A stretch of 64,000 nucleotides of DNA from an uncultured delta proteobacterium (lineage in GTDB: Bacteria > Myxococcota_A > Polyangia > Polyangiales > Polyangiaceae). The stretch is taken from contig CAWAIF010000003.1 of assembly GCA_963782055.1 (NCBI GenBank), positions 6,464,001 to 6,528,000 of the forward strand, given 5' to 3'. Both the position numbers and the translations under genes were made by a program. Below, piece after piece: positions 60,468 to 64,000 of this stretch. The notes below the pieces were generated by a model. The model had not been told where the DNA came from and made no database searches. It was given only the letters and a program-made list of their open reading frames with translations. Position 1 is the first letter of the stretch. Each line of letters starts with the position of its first letter.

Positions 60468-61146
60468 CCCGCCGAACCAGCGCCTTCTGCAATCGGCTCA
60501 TGCGCACGCCGGGCCTCACGTCGGTCATCAGGCGCTCGGCGTCCTCCGGCGACGCCGCTCGGCCCTCGGCCACGAGCACGCAGGCGACCACGGCGGCGGA
60601 ACGGCCGTGGCCCGCCGCGCAGTGCACGTAGCTCACGCCATCATGCGCGCGCACCCTGTCCACCGCGCTGGCGAACGCGGCGTCGTCGGGCACCGACCCG
60701 TCCAGCGTGGGCACCGCGACGTACTCGCCGGAGACCGGCGCGAGTCCGGGGAACTCGGCGGTGAGGTCCACCACGAGGCGCACCCCCGGCGGCAGCTCGT
60801 CGCGCCCCAGCGGCTTGCGCCCCAAAAACAGGCCGGGCCGGATCTCGTGATGAGCTGCCTCGCGGCGCAGCCGGAGCAGCAGGAGCACCAGCCACGCGCC
60901 GGCGAGGTAGGGGGCGGTGAGTAGCATGGCGGCCGGGCTCAGCCGCCCGCGCGCGCTCTTGCCGAAGACGCGGGGCCCGACCCCCGCGTAAGCGAGCGCG
61001 ACGACGCCGAAGCTCACCGCCGACCAGATGAGCGCGAGCTCGGCAGCCGTCACGGGCGCCATCCTCGCGCGCAGTGCCGCGGAGCAGGCCAGCATCACGG
61101 AGAGCAGCCCGAACGCGACGCTGAACTTCGGCTCCGAACGCCCCAT
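60451..61146 (-). CDS. Membrane-anchored dual-specificity phosphatase
   Basis: N-terminal TMs; VVDLTAEF, PTLD, HCAAGHGRS (CX5R). Confidence 0.88.
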   Translation of the reverse strand: MGRSEPKFSVAFGLLSVMLACSAALRARMAPVTAAELALIWSAVSFGVVALAYAGVGPRVFGKSARGRLSPAAMLLTAPYLAGAWLVLLLLRLRREAAHHEIRPGLFLGRKPLGRDELPPGVRLVVDLTAEFPGLAPVSGEYVAVPTLDGSVPDDAAFASAVDRVRAHDGVSYVHCAAGHGRSAAVVACVLVAEGRAASPEDAERLMTDVRPGVRMSRLQKALVRRVTGRS

Positions 61147-61367
61147 GACCGCCCGTAGTCCTACCCGACACGCCACCCCCCCGCCATGCTCCCCGCCGCA
61201 TCACTGCCACCCTCCCTGCCATCTCACTGCCCCGCCAGCCGCCAGCCCCTCCCCTGTCCCCCCTGTCCCCTTCCCCTGTCCCCGGACACCAAACGTCCCA
61301 TTGCAAGCACGCTCGCACTCCGACGTTTCGCCGGGAAATCGTGGAGGAGGGGGGGGTGGGGGGCGGA

Positions 61368-61383
61368 TGGCATGGAGGGTGCT
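61368..61383 (+). promoter_or_regulatory. Candidate sigma54 promoter of MarR gene
   Basis: TGGCATGGAGGGTGCT (GG-N10-GC), one mismatch to 27224-27239. Confidence 0.6.
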
Positions 61384-61395
61384 CTTGGGGGTGGG

Positions 61396-61986
61396 ATGGA
61401 CCCCATCTTCTTCACCATAAAGCGGGCTTACTACGCGACGCTGCGGCTCACGCGGCGGGCGCTGGCAGCCATGGGACTCACGGCGGCGCGCTTCGACCTG
61501 CTCGACGCGCTCTATCGACTCGGGACGGGCGCGGTGAACCTCCAGAGCAACCTGCGGCGCGGGCTGGGCGTGGCACGCTCCACCATCAGCCGCATGCTCG
61601 GCTCGCTCGAGCAGCTCGGGCTCGTCACGCGGCGGCGCGACGGGCGCGAGTGCATCGTCGCGCTCACGCCGGAGGGTCGCCGCCTGATCCGGCGCGCGTT
61701 CTACGGCCTGGTGCTCGTCGGGCACGTGGGGCTCGTGCTGGACAGCGCTCTCACGCCGAGCAAGCGCGGCTGGCCCGTTCCCGAGGCGTGCGCGCGGGCG
61801 CGGGAGCACCTCAAGACGCTCTGCATGCGCATTCGCGTCGGGTTCGGCGACCAGGCCTCGCTCGATGTGCACGGTGAGTACGGCTTCTGGGTGCTGGCGG
61901 ACATCTACCGCAAGCAGCGCGCGCAGCGGCACCGGGAGCGCCGACGCGAGCTGGAGCGCGCATGCGATGGATGCGGCGAACGGTGA
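61396..61986 (+). CDS. MarR-type winged-helix regulator (paralogue of 26599-27210)
   Basis: KRAYYATLR, GLTAARFDLL, LGVARSTISRM, LTPEGRR. Confidence 0.85.
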   Translation: MDPIFFTIKRAYYATLRLTRRALAAMGLTAARFDLLDALYRLGTGAVNLQSNLRRGLGVARSTISRMLGSLEQLGLVTRRRDGRECIVALTPEGRRLIRRAFYGLVLVGHVGLVLDSALTPSKRGWPVPEACARAREHLKTLCMRIRVGFGDQASLDVHGEYGFWVLADIYRKQRAQRHRERRRELERACDGCGER

Positions 61987-62054
61987 GGACGACCTCGCCG
62001 CGACGACCACGACGACGCCAGGACCGACTGCGGCGTCGCCCGCCGACTCCTGCG

Positions 62055-62720
62055 CTACGCGCCGAGCGAGGCGGCCAGCTCCTTGCCGCGCTCGTCGAGC
62101 GCCTCGGTGCGAAGAGCGACGTCGAAGCCCCCCTTGCCGACGGCCTTCTCCAGCGTGGCGAGCACGTGCTTCGCGTCGTCCTCCGGCTCGGCGACGTAGA
62201 CGGGGCGCGCCGGCTTCGCGAGCGGCGTGTCCTCCAAATCCGTGTCCGGACCGATGAGCGCCATCGGCAGGTCGCGATGCGGCGAGAACCCGAGCGAGCC
62301 GGCGAAGCCGATCGCGTGGTGCACGATGGATCGCGCCGTACGCGGGTCGACGCGCTCGACGCCCGCGGCGTGCCCGCGCTTGAGCTTGCTCACCAGGTAG
62401 TCGAGGTCCTTGTCCTTCATCGGGCCCTGCACGTGCGCCGACTTCACGCCCAGGCACGTGCGGTCGACGAGGGCGACGACCGCCACCGTCGAGGCATCGG
62501 GCAGCACGCGCGTCAGCACGACCGAGACGAGCGCGGGGCGCTCCGTGCTCGCGTCGTGCCACTCGGCGGAGACGTACGCCGGTCCGAACGGCGCCTTCGC
62601 GGCTCGCTCGATCAGCAGGCGCAGCTGCTCGTTTCTGCCCGGCGCGACGCCGCGGCTACGTGCGTCTTCCCGTTTCTTCTTCTGCTTGGCGAGTCGATTC
62701 TGGTGTCCGCGGTGGCTCAT
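62055..62720 (-). CDS. Hypothetical protein
   Basis: Basic N-terminus, LVDRTCLGVKSA; GC3-biased codons. Confidence 0.75.
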   Translation of the reverse strand: MSHRGHQNRLAKQKKKREDARSRGVAPGRNEQLRLLIERAAKAPFGPAYVSAEWHDASTERPALVSVVLTRVLPDASTVAVVALVDRTCLGVKSAHVQGPMKDKDLDYLVSKLKRGHAAGVERVDPRTARSIVHHAIGFAGSLGFSPHRDLPMALIGPDTDLEDTPLAKPARPVYVAEPEDDAKHVLATLEKAVGKGGFDVALRTEALDERGKELAASLGA

Positions 62721-62839
62721 GAGAGAAGACGCGTACCCGCGCGGGCGCCCAGCCGCAAGCGCGGCGAAGCGCGCGCGGGGCCGCTGGGCGAGCGGCACAC
62801 CCTCCGGTCCGCCGTGCCCGTGCTAGCATCCAGAGCGCA

Positions 62840-63169
62840 ATGCTTTGGTACCTGCTCGCCTCCGAACAGCGCTCGACCTGGGAGCACCGCATCGGCTCGT
62901 ACATGGGGCCGTGCAACGCGTGCCGCCAGCAGGCCTGGCAGCTCGCCTTTCGCATCTACCAGACCAAGGGAACGCCCGCCTCGCCGGGCACGCCCTACGG
63001 CTTCGCGATGAACGAGCGCTACCAGATCCGCTGCTCCGCCTGCGGCGCCGGGAGCCTCACACAGCACCCGTCCACGTGGACGCAGACCGTGCAGTTCGTC
63101 CAGGAGTACGGGCCCGTCGCGCCGGCCACACCCGCGTACGTGGCGATGGCGTATCCCGCCGGCCTCTGA
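62840..63169 (+). CDS. Small zinc-ribbon protein
   Basis: CNAC and CSAC pairs. Confidence 0.6.
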   Translation: MLWYLLASEQRSTWEHRIGSYMGPCNACRQQAWQLAFRIYQTKGTPASPGTPYGFAMNERYQIRCSACGAGSLTQHPSTWTQTVQFVQEYGPVAPATPAYVAMAYPAGL

Positions 63170-63253
63170 GGCGACCGCCGGGCCGGCCCATTGTAAGCGT
63201 GCTGACAGTCCGACGCGTGGCACGAACGCGCGGGGGAGGCCCGGGCGGCCGGG

Positions 63254-64000
63254 TCAGCCCGCCGCGGCGCACGTGACGAGCGCGCCGGCGACCCACGTCG
63301 GGCGCGGCGTCCGCAGCACGTCGGAGTAGTCGACGAGCACCAGCTCCCGCAGCGCCGGACGCCACCCGCCGGTCGCATGCAGAATACACGCAAGCGCGGG
63401 CCCCACGTCGCGAAAGTCCGACCGATGCTCGGCGCATGCCCGCGCGAAGCCGCCGTAGTCAGCCGACGCCAGCGCGGCGAGCTGCGCTTCGACCCAGCCG
63501 CGCGCCGCGTCGCGCGTGGCAGCCTCGCGCTCGTCCTTCGCCTCCCCCGCCGGCGTGCCGTACCCGACACCGTGGTGCACGGGGTCCGTCGTCGCGACGA
63601 GCGCGGCGCGCCCGGCCACCGCGTGGAGCTCGTCCATACCCGGGAGTGAGGCGGGATCCTGCCCGGAGAAGAAGGGGTAGCGCGCCACCACCCGCGGCGG
63701 CCGCGCACCCGCACGCCGCGCCGCGAGGTCGATCAGCGCGGTGAATCCGTCGAGGGAGAACTCCTCCGACCACCGCCCACCATCGCCCGACACCCCCGGT
63801 CCGTGCACCCTCCGCAGCGCGTCCAGCGCGTCGCGGTCCCCCGCGCGCGCACGCCCGACCACCGCGGCGTCGGCCTCGCGCGCCCCGTGCAGCACGCCGA
63901 GCGCGAGCACGGTGTCCGCGCCGCTCGCCACCACCGCGGCGGCGACCGCCGCCACCAGCTCCCCCGAGGAGGACAGCCGCGTGTGCGGGAACACGAGCGC
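63254..64000 (-). CDS. Hypothetical protein, possibly MEMO1/LigB-like fold; 5' end beyond window
   Basis: LGVLHG, EEFSLD, TTDPVHHGVGYG resemble MEMO-family motifs. Confidence 0.5.
   Translation of the reverse strand, partial: ALVFPHTRLSSSGELVAAVAAAVVASGADTVLALGVLHGAREADAAVVGRARAGDRDALDALRRVHGPGVSGDGGRWSEEFSLDGFTALIDLAARRAGARPPRVVARYPFFSGQDPASLPGMDELHAVAGRAALVATTDPVHHGVGYGTPAGEAKDEREAATRDAARGWVEAQLAALASADYGGFARACAEHRSDFRDVGPALACILHATGGWRPALRELVLVDYSDVLRTPRPTWVAGALVTCAAAG

Overview
Very GC-rich bacterial chromosome segment. The gene content (FHA proteins, Ser/Thr kinase, PilZ/MshEN, PAS-STAS, many Cys-rich lipoproteins, sigma54 regulator) points to Myxococcota, probably Polyangiales-like; this is an inference. 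The backbone carries kdd-fhs, hisD, a very large Zn-metalloprotease lipoprotein, signalling genes, a CBS-acsA-pdhABC-ACP operon lacking E3, an arsR-arsI-arsC cluster and an L,D-transpeptidase followed by two paralogous lipoproteins. The main accessory feature is a ~8.75 kb element (42473-51225) integrated at the 3' end of tRNA-Pro(TGG). It has a 21-bp att duplication, matching arm-type repeats at both ends, a tyrosine integrase, a small excisionase-like HTH, a decayed SF3 helicase/primase followed by inverted iteron arrays (candidate origin), and lipoprotein cargo, with no capsid or conjugation genes (satellite/PICI-like). Non-coding signals read directly from the sequence: two distant MarR paralogues sharing a sigma54-type promoter and a TGTCC-N2-GGACA palindrome, a 13-mer recurring only in intergenic DNA, and a tandem operator before a DUF2089 gene. 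All product calls come from motif recognition by eye; no database searches were run.
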